Origin: Octopus sinensis
Lineage: Eukaryota
NCBI RefSeq assembly: GCF_006345805.1
Contig: NC_043003.1
Coordinates: 4,216,001 to 4,280,000, forward strand
Length of the DNA: 64,000 nucleotides
Direction: 5' to 3'
In this document: piece after piece, positions 37,652 to 51,130 of the stretch
Layout: every line of letters starts with the position of its first letter
Numbering within the stretch: the stretch's first letter is position 1
Notes under the pieces: model-generated
Told to the model about the DNA's origin: nothing
The model's database searches: none
Seen by the model: the letters and a program-made list of their open reading frames with translations, nothing else
Translations under genes and position numbers: made by a program

Positions 37652-38030
37652 GAGGGGGAGTCAAAAAGTAATGCCATTTTGTTTAGGACAGGTGTAATTA
37701 CCAACACAGGATCATGTATCATACATCAAAATGAAGCTGGTCCTCTGTGGATCACATCCCTACTTCTCAACATAGTCACCGTTTCTCTCAATAGCAATGT
37801 TCCACCTTCGAATGAGAGCATGTATCCCTGCCCTGTAAAATTCTGCTGACTGTTCTTTGAGCCACTGCTTCACTACAGTTTTCACTTCCTCGTCACCATA
37901 TTTAGCGCCTTTAGTATATCATCTCTTGGGCCCCATGAAAGAGGGTTCATTTTGATGTATGATACATGTTCTTGTGTTGGTAATTATACTTGCCCTAAAC
38001 AAAATGGCATTACTTTTTGACTCACCCTCG
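37651..38030 (-). mobile_element. Mariner deletion derivative (MITE) with ~85-bp TIRs
   Basis: CGAGGGGGAGTCAAAAAGTAATGCC... versus ...GGCATTACTTTTTGACTCACCCTCG|TA. Interior encodes the mariner C-terminus EEVKTVVKQWLKEQSAEFYRAGIHALIRRWNIAIERNGDYVEK*. Confidence 0.9.
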
Positions 38031-38239
38031 TATATATGGAATACACATTGTACGAAGCTCCTTGTGGATGGATGTGTGTGTGTGTGTATGCAGATTTTAA
38101 CAACAGGTGATAGCCTACAATAAAAGGAGAGAACTCAATACACGTGTCTGACGAGAATCCATGGTTACAAAATACAGGAATATTTTACCATTTTATACGT
38201 AACTGATTGCCTTTGCTGTGATCTAAATGCTATGAACTT

Positions 38240-38750
38240 TTCTATTGTACATAACATGCACGCACACATATAGGAATATGTGCACACACACACATGTAAA
38301 CACACACAGACACATACATATATGTATACGCATGCACACATGTATGTATACGTATACGTACAAGATGTATATATGTATGTGTACATATATCTATACGCAT
38401 GCACACATGTATATATACGTATACGTACAAGATGTATATATGTATGCGCACATATATCTATACACATGCACACATGTATATATACGTACAAGATGTATAT
38501 ATGTATGCGCACATATATCTATACACATGCACACATGTATATACATATATATACACAGATATATATATATATGTATGTATGTACAAGTATATCTATACAC
38601 ATGTACACATGTATATACATATACGTACACAGATATATATATATATATATGTATGTACATGTATATCTATATATTATACGTATGTAATATACACAAGCAC
38701 AAACATATATCTACATATGTATATACGCATACATACATGTGTGTGTGTGT
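38240..38750. repeat. Compound TA/CA microsatellite with a ~60-bp higher-order unit
   Basis: TACACATGCACACATGTATAT...TACAAGATGTATATATGTATGCGCACATATATCTA is repeated 3-4 times. Confidence 0.85.
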
Positions 38751-40022
38751 GTGTGGAAATTATTGCTCCTTTATGAAGTGACTTTCTTCTCAAACTGCCC
38801 CACCATCGTAATTCCATTCCTTCCATTAAATACTTCTTCCAATATACAACATACCAATATTTACCTCACAGACTCCCCCCCTCACCCGTTCCTTGCCCAC
38901 CCCCGTCCCTATGACTACTTTGCCGAATTTCTGCCTCCATCCGTTCTCCTCTTTTACTCCCCCCTCTTTAGCAGAACCCCCCTCCTTTATTATTCCCCCC
39001 ACCCCCACCTCTCTCGTAGTATTAGTTTTATTGTTTAAATCCTCTCGCTTCATTCTTTTAATACATCGTATCATTTAGCTCTTCCTGCTCATCATCATCA
39101 TCGCTCTCATCATCATCACCGCCACCAGCATCATAACCCTCATCGCGATCATCATAATCACCATCATCATCTTAATCATCATCGCCACTATATCATCGTC
39201 TACACCGCCATTTTCTAAATCCGGATTCTTTCGCCTTATTCCTCCTTCATAACCACCCTTCCCCATCCCTCCCGTCCACCCTCTTCCCTCCTTTATTACT
39301 TCATTATTCTTGCCGTTAAAATCAATCATAAAAAACTAATCAACGTGTAATTCAAGAGATATTAAAGTCCTGACTTGTCGCCTTGATGGACATTTCGGGC
39401 AAACATGTGCTGCCGTCGTGTGTTCTGTTCTAAAATGACGGGGAGACAACTGGAGATGGGATGTATCTAGTTAACTAACCACAATAGCGCCATAAAAAAA
39501 AAATATATATATATATATGGAGCGGCTGGTTGGGATGAAGGAGATGATATTTCTGACAGAATGTCAAATGGTATTCTGCCACCACACATCAAGTGGATGT
39601 AGAATGTTGTACACAGAATTTCACGTGCGTATATAGCATTTCAGAAATACATATACGCGCGAGTACACACACACACACACACGCATCCATTCATACAGAT
39701 ATACATGCCTACATACAGAGACATACATGATGGCTGTCGATGCGTTAAACAGCGTTACGTTCTGTGAGGACAGCGATGGCTCATGACTTGTTGCGGGTTC
39801 GACATTCATAGAGATTCTTCTAAGTTCTAGCTTGTTCTGGATCATTCCAATGATTTTCTCTGTGAAACCTGACTGATTTATATACGTTTTCTGGCAGGAG
39901 GTGCCCGTGTGCTTCACCCAAACAAGAAAGACGTAGTTTGTAACAAGTCTTTAAGCGTGGCTTCTCTGCATGCTTAGCTACAAATAACTTCGCATACGAA
40001 CAAAAGATGCATACATACATCT

Positions 40023-40260
40023 AAGGCGGCGAGCTGGCAGAATGGTTAGCACGCCGGGCGAAATGCTTAGCGGTATTTCGTCTGCCGTTACGTTCTGAGT
40101 TCAAATTCCACCGAGGTCGACTTTGCCTTTCATCCTTTCGGGGTCGATAAATTAAGTACCAGTTACGCACTGGGGTCGATGTAATCGACTTAATCCGTTT
40201 GTCTGTCCTTGTTTGTCCACTCTATGTTTAGCCCCTTGTGGGTAGTAAAAAAATAGGTAT
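40023..40260 (+). mobile_element. SINE family A, full length
   Basis: A box GGCAGAATGGTTAGC, B box GAGTTCAAATTCC, core and tail intact. Confidence 0.9.
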
Positions 40261-40524
40261 AATGGATCTCCGTCATATCACCATGAGGATTCTGTTGTTT
40301 GATCGACTGAATTATCTGCTCCTGAATTAACATCTAGGTGGCTGAGCACTCCGTAGACACGTCTGCTCTTAATGTAAATCGCAAACAGAATCAACGCGAC
40401 AGAGTGCTTAGCAAGGCCGTGTCTTGTGAAGCCCAGTTACAATCCACCCGATAAGCTGCCGTAGAGTTTACATCTTCCCAATTTCACTCGCATATGGGTC
40501 AACTTGAGGCTGTTAATGGCTTTT

Positions 40525-40810
40525 TATCCGTTAGGTCGTGAGTTCGATTCCCGGCGACGCGCTGTGTCCTTGAGCAAGACACTTTATTTCCCGTTGCTTC
40601 AGACCTCTCAGCTGGCAAAAAATGTGTAGAGTCTGTATTTTCAAAGCACCAACCTTGTCACAGTTTATGCCATGCTGAATCTCCTTGAGAACTACATTGA
40701 TTGTACTACTGTGGAGTACTCAGCCATTTTCAGGTTAATCTCACGAACAGGCTGTTCTGTTGGTCGGATCAACTGGAACACGCGTCGTCGAAACCAACGG
40801 AGTGCCAGTA
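40525..40810 (+). mobile_element. SINE head D + tail 1
   Basis: GAGTTCGATTCCC B box, GTGTCCTTGAGCAAGACACTTTA core, tail ending GTCGTCGAAACCAACGGAGTGCC. Confidence 0.7.
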
Positions 40811-41463
40811 TGTACATACTCGTAATTTCAGGAGGTTAATAATGTACCAGTAATTATACGGGGTAAATAAAAATGCCAGTCTTTTCAGGTTTTTAAGTCA
40901 ATTGAATAACATTAGTGACGGGACGAAGCGACAACGCGGATATTGTGAAATAATTGTCGACGATAAAGCTATTTTGGGATACTCAAATTGCTGGATGTTG
41001 TGGTTTAGCCTCGGTTGAAAACTAACGGAACACATCTATGATCAAATGTGTTCCAAACGTGACCATCCATCTCATGTTCACACACATGAATTCAAGGTGT
41101 CCTTTTTTTTCAAAGATAGTATAGTGTTATTTGAGAGAGGTATTTGACTGTTGTTTCAAGCAAGGCATATGGCCATATGGTGGACTTTTCGTTGACCGTC
41201 ACTCCACCTGGTTTTAACAACCTTTTGTGGGAGTATAGGGATGAAGAGATCGATAATCGATACTGAAGGCGTTAAATTCGAGCTTTTATGGGTTATGTTT
41301 CGGAACACCTGTGCCGAAAATGAGGTTCTGTGGGGTGGAGGTAAGGGTAGAAAGGACTGGGTAAAAAACAAAATTTACCGAAAATTTTCGGGGTCCATGT
41401 TATTGATAACTTCGATCTCAATTCCATCAGTCCTGAAGTGTTTTAGAATTTCTTCACCATATG

Positions 41464-41781
41464 CAATGGAACCTCGGTTTACGAACGTCTCATCACGAAC
41501 AAATCCGTTTACGAACAATTTTTCAAACACGAAAGGTGTTGGGTAACGAACAGTGTTTCGAGTAACGAACACACGTGCCGGCAACAACGATTGGCGACGA
41601 GTCGAGAGTATCAGCAGGAGAAAGCGTCAATTGCTGTTTAGCTTTCGCTCAGTGCACATCCCTGCTTGAACTATCAGTGCCTTCTCTTGAATTTCCTATG
41701 GAGGACAGTTTCGGTTGACGAACATTTCGGGCAACGAACGGCCTTCAGAAACGATTTAAATTCGTAAACCGAGACTCACTG
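41464..41781. mobile_element. pogo/Tigger-type MITE
   Basis: TIRs CAATGGAACCTCGGTTTACGAA / TTCGTAAACCGAGACTCACTG|TA. Confidence 0.8.
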
Positions 41782-41884
41782 TATTTCCAAACTCTTCTCT
41801 CTCAACAACAACTGTAACAGTAATAACAGATAAATAATTCACTTTCTCTCAGTTTTCCTTTACTCGCGACTAACGTTTGAAATA

Positions 41885-42672
41885 CAGTAAAACCTCGCAG
41901 TACGAGTGTCCCATTGTACGAGTAATTTGCTGTACGAACCGAGACTCGTGCGAATTTTTGTCTTGGAGTACGAGCAGAAATCCGCAGTACGAGAACACAA
42001 ATCGTCCCATCTTTAAGGTAATTAAATTAATTAAACCAGTTTACATATTTCTTTTGCATTCTCTTTTTTATAATTGTCATTTTACTTGTAACTAGCAGTA
42101 TCGCCCGGCGTTGCTCGGGTTTGTAAGGGAAATAACTATATAAGCATTTTTAGAGAGTTATAGCCAAAAAATAGTTTAAAAAATGCATTAAAAATGGGAA
42201 AAAAATGATGGTAAATTTTTTTTTAAATCGTTGACTCATCGTAGTCATTTTTAGAGAGTTACTTCCCTTATATAATAGCGAAAAAAATGCATTAAAATGG
42301 AAAAAAAATATGGTAAATTTTTTTTTAAATCGTAGACTCATCGTAGACGCGCGCTAATACTCAGAAGGGCTCGATATGAATCACGAGTATAAGATACCCG
42401 GTTTTGGTTAAACTGCATTGCAAAATGTGGGAGTAGTTAGGAATCTAAATCGTAGGAGACAGACACAACTTCACTTTTATATATAAAGATATGCTTTTAT
42501 TCCTGTTTTAAAACCCATAAAAAAATTATTTTTGAGTGGCTTTTTTGAGGGCTGGAACGGATTAATTATATCTTAGTTCATTACAATGGGGAAAATTGAT
42601 TTGTAACACGAGTAAATCGTAAGATGAGCTCGGACATGGAATGAATTAAACTCGTACTGCGAGGTATCACTG
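41885..42672. mobile_element. pogo/Tigger-type MITE split by a Helitron insertion
   Basis: TA|CAGTAAAACCTCGCAGTACGAG ... CTCGTACTGCGAGGTATCACTG|TA. Confidence 0.85.
42092..42489 (-). mobile_element. Non-autonomous Helitron, copy 4
   Basis: A|CTAG...GA|T termini; reverse complement of copy 1. Confidence 0.88.
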
Positions 42673-42965
42673 TAGAAATTTAGACTTAAGCAAATATCTA
42701 AGTTTCCAAATACATGTCAGACGTAAAAAATTGTAAATGTATGTATATATGGGCGGAGTGTAGATACGAGTGTATAAACGAATGTATACATTCATACATA
42801 TAGTCATGTATTTCTATAATGCAGATGCATATTTGTGGATGTATGTAGATGTGTTATTGTAAAGGTGTGTGTGTGTGAAATTGAATACATGTAAATGCGT
42901 GAGCGGGAATTCATATCAGCGTGTGTGTGTGAACAGGTGTGAATATGGTTACACGTGTATTGTAT

Positions 42966-43008
<43 letters not shown>

Positions 43009-43188
43009 CACACTCAACCACACACGTATGAGTATATATGTGTGTGGTTATACTAGTGTGTATTCGTGCGAATTTGAAAGCATGTCTTAATGTGAAAGCA
43101 CATACGTTTAAGTGTAAATGTAAATACGTTAAGCTGAATGTATTCGTGTATGTAAACATGTGTCTAAATTTATATCCATGTGTGTATG

Positions 43189-43233
<45 letters not shown>

Positions 43234-43654
43234 GGTATTTCTCTTCATCTAAAGTGATAGGCGTGATCTTCCATTTTGTGTCTGACATCAGATGTCCCTC
43301 TGACGTCATAGACACCTACACCAACAATTGCAGAAAGTAACTGTGTGTTGGCCGACCAAACTAACCTTAGCAAACAGGAGAGAGAGAGAGAGAGAGAGAT
43401 GGAGATAGGAGTAGATCTGTTAGATAGAGTCAAACTTTGCCAACGGGGAACCTTTCCATTGTAATCTGAAGTAATTCTTTGGTAATATTATATAACAATC
43501 AAAACACTATCTCTAATTCTTTATATCTTCCTTTTACAGTTTGGCATTGCTCTACCTGAAAGTGTTTTATGTAGTCTTGTCTATGTGGGCTTTTTCCACC
43601 TCCCTTCCTCACTTTTCTCCTTCCAACACATCTATTTCTCTGTATGTTTGTGTA

Positions 43655-43699
<45 letters not shown>

Positions 43700-44493
43700 G
43701 CCTCGTGATTCTAAGGTATTTAAAATCATTTTCGGTCCAGTTTTTCCAAATTACAGATCCTATCTAGTTTTCAAAAATAATACACACGCATATTTCTTCT
43801 GCATTTTATTTATTTTCTTAGATTTATTTTTCAAAAATAGAATTATTCTTAGATTCTCAGAAGTTACAACTTACTTCCCAATGCTTTTTTGTATCGTATT
43901 GTAATGTTATAAAGCATCACGTTTTGGTAACCAGCGACGAACAGAAATGGTATTCTTATTGTTGCAGAATGTCGTCTTTTACTTGTCAGTCGAATATACA
44001 ATTCATTTATGAGTAACGTGATGAGGTAGACTTCATCCATCGCCCGATTTATCCGGAACCATGTGACAATCGCGTGATTTTAGCCAAGTTCATTGTTGCA
44101 TTGTTGCAGCGACATTTAGACCACATCTGCTGCTCCAGTCTGCGAATGAACTTCGACTCTTGGTGAATTACTTTCTACTGTAGCAAATCACCAATCGGAA
44201 CTTATTAGCTTAATTCTACAATTCCTTCCCGTCTTCTCCGGTCTCTACTCCTTCCTTCATTTAAGAAATTTCACTTTATTTCCCTGGTTTTCCTTTTATT
44301 TAAAACATCCAGTAAAAACAAACGCCAGCCTGACGAAGTGAAACCCCTGCCTGCGTATGTGTGTGTGTGTGTGTGTCGCTCTCAATCATCTACACACGCC
44401 TCTTGTTCCCAATGAAAAGTGCCTCTTCCTCTACCTATCCTTTCAGCTTCCCCCATTATATTCCCAGATGGGCGTTTCTGGTTCCTTATCCTT

Positions 44494-44721
44494 GGCGAGA
44501 TGGCAGATACGTTAGCACGCCGGGCGAAATGCGTAGCCGTATTTCGTCTGCCGTTACGTTCTGAGTTCAAATTCCGCCGAGGTCGACTTTGCCTTTCATC
44601 CTTTCGGGGTCGATAAATTAAGCACCAGTTACGCACTAGGGTCGATGTAATCGACTTAATCCGTATGTCTGTCCTTGCTTGTCCTCTCTGTGTTTAGCCC
44701 CTTGTGGGTAGGAAAGAAATA
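44494..44721 (+). mobile_element. SINE family A
   Basis: Colinear with 40023-40260. Confidence 0.85.
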
Positions 44722-44798
44722 TGTAAATACCGCTTTATCGGCTCAGGGTTATTTCCCTTTAATATTTTCCACTGAAGAAAGCTAAAGAACCAGATTTT

Positions 44799-44849
<51 letters not shown>

Positions 44850-45020
44850 GATAGGAAAGTGAGATTATAATCAGGTATAGCAAGGCTAAATTTATATATT
44901 GTTTTGTCATTCACTAATGATACAACAATCAGTGCATAAGGTCCCGTGAAGGGAGAAAAACGACCCCGATAACAAATGATAATAATAATAACAAACAATA
45001 ATAATAATAACAATAATAAA

Positions 45021-45063
<43 letters not shown>

Positions 45064-45302
45064 TGCTTTCTTTAGTAATAGTAAAGTATTGTTTAGGCTT
45101 TTGAAGTGTGTTTAGTGATTGTAATTTTCTTCCCTTCTGATTGTGCAGTTCTGTTCTGGTTCTTCTACAGTAAACTAGGACCATCACCAACTTCAACATT
45201 ACCCAGCATTACTATCTACCACCACGAAAACACCACAACCTACACAGCAATCACAAACCACCACCCACCACCACCACCACCTTCAATACCATTGTTAAGC
45301 AA

Positions 45303-45676
45303 TAATGGCTGTGCGGTAAGAAGCTTGCTTCCCAACCATATTGTTCCCGGTTCAGTTTCATTGCGTGGCACCTTGTGCAAGTGTCTTTTGCTATAGCCGC
45401 AGGCCGACCAAAGCCTTGTGAGTGGATTTGGTTGACGGAAACTGAAAGAAGCCCGTCGTATATATATGTTTGTGAGTCTGTGTTTGTCCCCTCCGCTATC
45501 GCTTGACAATCGATTTTGGTGTGTTTACGCCCCCGTAACTTAGCGGTTCGGCAAAAGAAACTGATAGAATAAGTAACAGGCTTACAAAGAACAAGTCCTG
45601 GGGTCGATTTGTTCGACTAAAGGCGATGCTCCAGCATGGCCGCAGTCAAATGACTGAAACCAAAGAATAAAAGAAT
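45303..45676 (+). mobile_element. SINE family B, full length
   Basis: Head TGGCTGTGCGGTAAG, B box GGTTCAGTTTC, 3' end 45622-45659 similar to the LINE 3' UTR at 1315-1352. Confidence 0.85.
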
Positions 45677-46125
45677 GACAAATGAAGAATGTTGTGTTAA
45701 TGTAATCTTGGTTTTTGAGATTTCTTTGTTGGGTTTGTTAAACGACCATGATGGAATGGTTAAACTCGTCATAGAAACAGGTTAGACTCAGAGACGCATG
45801 TGCCAATTATTAAACTCTCGATACAAAACATGTTTTTCAGCTGTAAAACTTTCAACTAAAAAATGCTGGAATGGTTAAATTCCTAAAGACACTCTTGAGA
45901 TATCTACTGTGATACAATGAAACCAAATTAACTTAACATGAAAATTCTTCCTAACAGTTGAAGACTCGCGCCGCAAATAACAACTTGAATGGTTATGAAC
46001 TAACGAAGTGTTGTTTCTTAGAGAGGTGTTATTTCTTTAGACCCTTACAGCCGTGAGGCCGAGATAAGTCAGATTTGTGTACTTGGTACTTGACCTGACC
46101 ATATTCCTGTCAATATCTACAGGAA

Positions 46126-46500
46126 GTGGAGGTGCAATGGCCCAGTGGTTAGGGCAGCGGACTCGCGGTCGTAGGATCACGGTTTTGATTCCCAGACCGG
46201 GCGTTGTGAGTGTTTATTGAGCGAAAACACCTAAAGCTCCACGAGGCTCCGGCAGGGATGGTGGTGATCCCTGCTGTACTCTTTCACCACAACTTTCTCT
46301 CACTCTTACTTCCTGTTTCTGTTGTACCTGTATTTCAAAGGGCCGGCCTTGTCACTCGCTGAATATCCCCGAGAACTGCGTTAAGGGTACACGTGTCTGT
46401 GGAGTGCTCAGCCACTTACACGTTAATTTCACGAGCAGGCTGTTCCGTTGATCGGATCAACCGGAACCCTCGTCGTCGTAACCGACGGAGTGCTTCCACT
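46126..46500 (+). mobile_element. SINE family C (head C + tail 1), full length, 13-bp TSD ATATCTACAGGAA
   Basis: Perfect TSD at 46113-46125 and 46501-46513. A box TGGCCCAGTGG. Confidence 0.92.
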
Positions 46501-47499
46501 ATATCTACAGGAAATTACTAAGAAATTTTTAACAGAGTTGATACAGTTAAAACATCTAAGAAATATGTGTTCTCATCCAACTATAGTATTTCGTCTCACT
46601 TTTTCTGGCATTGTCTATCTAAAACTACACCGACCAATGTTGTAAGGACAGTGGAGTGTGGTTTAAGGGAAATTTCACTGCAATTTTTAGCAGTTTGAGC
46701 CACCACACATAGGAATATTTTCGGAAATAGAATAACATCAGATCTTCCATGTATCACTAAAATATTATAAATTAATTCTAACTTAATTAACTTAATAATT
46801 AGTTTGCTTGCGATATTAGTTTTGCTAATCTGGTCTCGTTTCCACATCTTTTAAAGTTTGGTTTTTCGTGTAAAATGCTCGTAACCAAGTTGTGCTCACA
46901 ATGTTGTGTCCGCAGGCTATGTTCCGCCATTAAATTTGCTAATTTTAAAAAAATTTCATGTTGGGGTCCATCAATAACGTCAAAATAAATGAAAAGTCTT
47001 CGTCCAATATTTCGAAGCGGAAGTCGCCACAATTTAACATCCGATATGACCTGTCGTTCTGCACAATATCAATGGCCAACAAAACCACTTATATCTATTG
47101 TTATTCTCTCTGAACCGAGATTAATAATAACAGACATGGGACACACGTGTCCAAAACCTTCTTCTTTGCCCTTCTGCTTTCACCATACAAATGTTTTGAG
47201 CTTTTACGAGAAGCCTGCAGCGACCCTGAGACTCCTTCAGGACCCAAATTTCAACTCCATAGAGAACATGACCCTCTACACATCTCCGAAGAAAAAATAG
47301 GGAATGTGTTGATTTTAAGATATTTGTTTGCCAGATGTTATGAGTATGAGGGACCCTGGGCTAATCCCTTGCATCTAAAGTCTTTCATACTGTCAGTATA
47401 TCATAGAACCCAAAGTACCTAAAGTCGCTAACCTTTTCCTCATTATGATTGTATTATGTTACATCCTTGGTCAAGTCTTGAATGCATTCAAAACAAATG

Positions 47500-47700
47500 C
47501 TTCACCGTAAAGTAGAAGCTATGAAGGTGTCAACAAAGCCTGCGTTTCTCTGACTTGGGCTACGCTGATGATTTTGCACTCAGCTCATGTGCTTGGAAAT
47601 CATCGTTTGAGAATGCTGCAGCCCAAAGTCGATCGATTTCTGGATGCAATGCAAACTGAAAACATAACCAGCGATGAAGAGGAAATCCACTTTGCTAATT
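47500..47700 (+). pseudogene. RTE-type RT relic
   Basis: FSDLGYADDFAL at ~47545-47581. Confidence 0.45.
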
Positions 47701-48489
47701 TGTTCCGACGATGGTTCACAACCAACCACCTACCTGACAAATTCCTTGACAAATGAGGTGTCTATGCTGCCCATTTTTGAACACGATTTGTAACATGTTT
47801 TTTCCAGCTCTTAAAAATCGGTTGGCTCCCTGCTGAATTCCTATGCATTAACAGACGAGAGACAGATTTATATAAGAGAGACGGTTTTTCTTTTTAATCG
47901 GTAGAAATAAATTCCTCATTGTAAGCAAACGAAGCATTCGTCATTACCACAGTGCACCTACTGCCTGCAGTGATAAACTGCATCCCCTAATATTAGTTTT
48001 GACTCGGCTGTTGACTTAAGTATGTTGCCCCAGAATATTGCATTGTGTCAATGGCAGGATACGAGCCACTGCGTCGGTCATTCAAGAACTGACCCACTGG
48101 ATCACTGGACTAGGGCTAAACAGCATTATCAACCACCACCGCCACCACCACAACAACAGAAATGAAGGATAAAAAAGAGGTAGCGTAGTCCTTGTGCTTG
48201 AGAGAAAGACTGGTTAGCCACGGCTGGAACACCCTTGATTATAGGATAGTAGAAAGCTTGTCTTGGGTTTGCAACAACAACTATTAAACTTAATGTCGAT
48301 AACTTCAGAGTATATTTGGAAATCATTAGATTCTTGTCTTCTCTTTCCCGTTGATGATGATGATGATAATGATGTTGGCATTGTTATTGTTGATAACGTT
48401 TTGGTGATGATGATGATGATGCTTTTGCTGATGTTTCGGTCTCTATTTTGTTGCTGATTCCGTTTTCGGTGTTGTCATTCTTGATAACT

Positions 48490-48893
48490 ATGTTCTTTTC
48501 TACTCTTGGCACAAGGCCCGAAATTTTGGGGGAGGGAGCCAGTCAATTAGATCGACCCCCAGTACACAACTGGTACTTATTTAATCGACCCCAAAAGGAT
48601 GAAAGGCAAAGTCGACCTCGGCAAAATTTGAACTCAGAACGTAGTGGCAGACGAAATACCTATTTCTTTACTACCCACAATGGGCTAAACACAGAGAGGA
48701 CAAAGAAGGACAGACAAACGGATTAAATCGATTATATCGACCCCAGTGCGTAACTGGTACTTAATTTATCGACCCCGAAAGGATGAAAGGCAAAGTCGAC
48801 CTCGGCGGAATTTGAACTTAGAACGTAGCGGCAGTTGAAATACAGCTAAGCATTTCGCCCGGCGTGCTAACGATTCTGCCAGCTCCCCCCGCC
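48490..48893 (-). mobile_element. Two nested or tandem family-A SINEs
   Basis: The core GAAAGGCAAAGTCGACCTCGG occurs twice (~48600 and ~48785), with different tails. Confidence 0.75.
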
Positions 48894-49805
48894 TTTGTTG
48901 ATAACGTTTTTGACATCATCATTGTTGATATTTTGATGAAGTTGGCGGCGGTGGTTGTTGTGGTTGTCAATTATCTATTTTGAGTTGATATTGGCGTTTT
49001 CATGTTTATGTTGCCGAGGCTGTTACAGCTGTCGATGTTGGAGTTGTTGCTGTTAAGACTATTGACATTTTTGTTGTTGTTCGTAGTGCTAATGTTGCTG
49101 TTGCTGTTGTCGTTAAGCAACAAGACGGCTAAGGGTGATTAGGTGATGGTCTAGGGCTTAGGGGCAGGAGACTCCAGACCTTGGAGGCGGAGAAACTTTG
49201 GTCGTCTTGTTGTAATCGAGGGCTCTTCGTTGACGCCCGACACCACTGGGAGGTGACCCGCGAAGTCACTGGAAATGGAGATGTCCAGGTCCAAATTCTT
49301 GGACGGCTAATGTTGCTGTTGATGACGTTCTTGTACTTGTAAACAACCCAAGCCTGACACAACAGATCTATAATCAAAAGACATTCCAGCCGTGAACCTT
49401 CCACCATTTTGTTACCTTATTTCTTCGCTGTGGAATGTGTCCTTCCTTTTCCTAAGACTGTATTAGGTAATTGGTTGCTATTTCCAAGACTCCATGTTGT
49501 TTACTCCAGTTTCCTGTTATATAAGATGCTACAATTTAGAAATGTTTCTTTGTTCAGAGGTCATATATTGACCTTATACGATAGTTGTACAACACAGAGG
49601 TCATACGGTGACCTTAAACGATAGCTATATAACACAGGTCATGTGCTGACCTTAAATGATAACTCCTCAACATTTTCATGTTTATCACCGTGCTTTTTAT
49701 GTCAACAGATCTCATTAATATTCAAAATAATTGCTGCGATAAGCTGAAATTTCTTAACACCATTCAGTACATCTGTACATGCTTCTATCACTGTATAACA
49801 TTATA

Positions 49806-50110
49806 TGTGGAGGCACATGGCGTAGTGGTTAGAGCAGCGGACTCGCGGTCGAGGGATCGCGGGTTCGAATCTCAGACCGGGCGATGTGTGTGTTTATGAG
49901 CGAAAACACTTAAGCTTCACGCGGCTCCGGCAGAAGGAAATGTTGAACTTCTGCTGACTCATTCGCCACAACTTTCTCTCACTCTTTCCTCTTGCATCTT
50001 GCAGCTCCCCTGCGACGGTCCGACGTCCCGTCCAGGTGGGGAACCTATACGCCAAGGAAACCGGGAAACCGGCCCTTATGAGCTAAGCATGACTCGAGAA
50101 GGAACAATAA
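49806..50110 (+). mobile_element. SINE head C + tail 2
   Basis: C-type head, then CCCTGCGACGGTCCGACGTCCCGTCCAGG...GACTCGAGAAGGAACAATAAC. Confidence 0.7.
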
Positions 50111-50458
50111 CATTATATATAGCTGTATAACTGTAGCACTGTATAGAACTGTATATTACAATGTATGCCTGCATATAACTGTCTTTAAACATCTGTAACT
50201 ATGTGACCATATCGCTGTACGTATGAATCATTTACAGGACCCAAAAGAAATGTACGTAGCTATATGTATTTTGTAAATGTATATAAACGCAGGAGTGGCT
50301 GTGTGGTAAGAAGAGTGCTCCTCGAGCACAGATTTCCTGGTTCAGTTCCACTGCGTGGCATCTTGAGCAATTGTCTTATTGTAGTAAGGCCGACAAAAAC
50401 CTTGTGAATGTATATGGTAGACGACGCCCGCTGTATATATATATATATATATATATAA

Positions 50459-50520
<62 letters not shown>

Positions 50521-50539
50521 TGTGTGTGCGCATGCGTGT

Positions 50540-50822
50540 GTAAGGCCTTGTGTCCAAGTGGTTAAGGTGTTACACTCACGATCGTTAGATCATGGGTTCG
50601 ATTTCCAGACCGAGCTGTGTGTTGTGTTCTTAAGCAAAATACTTCATTCCACGTTGCTTCCGTCCACTCAGCTGTGATGGACCAGCCTTCTGATTAGAGG
50701 AGAGCGTTGGCCTGCTTACCTAGACAGTGGGGTGGCATCATTCGAAAGCGAAAACTATGTGAAGCGTATTGTGACCAGCGATATATAACAACATTTGCTT
50801 AGTATGGTCGATCACGTGATCA
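50540..50822 (+). mobile_element. SINE head D + tail 3
   Basis: D-type core GTGTTCTTAAGCAAAATACTTCATTCCACGTTGCT. Tail homologous to the reverse complement of 53143-53260. Confidence 0.65.
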
Positions 50823-50889
50823 GTGATCTATAAATGACAGAAGCATCCAACGAAGCGCTGGGTGCGCGCACGCCTTAGCCAGCAGCTTC

Positions 50890-51130
50890 CCGCCTCAGTC
50901 ATCGTTGCATGCGCTGGTAAGGGCATGTCCTTCCTCTCCCTCCAGATCCCCGCACCAGTGCCTTACTCTCGTTCAGCGCACCAGCTGCGAACTGGAAGAG
51001 GACCCACAGCAGATTGCTGGACTTGACCAAGTAAGATCTTGGGAGGTTCTACATCACCTTGGAGGATACAGTGAGGCTGGTACGGGTAGTGGGCTCTGGT
51101 GGACCTGGTCGGCTCTACGCACAATGACGC
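50890..51130 (+). mobile_element. RTE-type LINE C-terminal relic
   Basis: RW*GHVLPLPPD..TSALLSFS..AANWKR, resembling the RTE RW.GHV.R motif. Confidence 0.4.

Noticed and set aside
40023-40120. tRNA genes at SINE heads
   Set aside because: A and B boxes are present, but there is no complete cloverleaf and each head runs into repeated SINE bodies.
44329-44350. CTGACGA...GAAAC as a hammerhead
   Set aside because: There is no stem II or stem I pairing.
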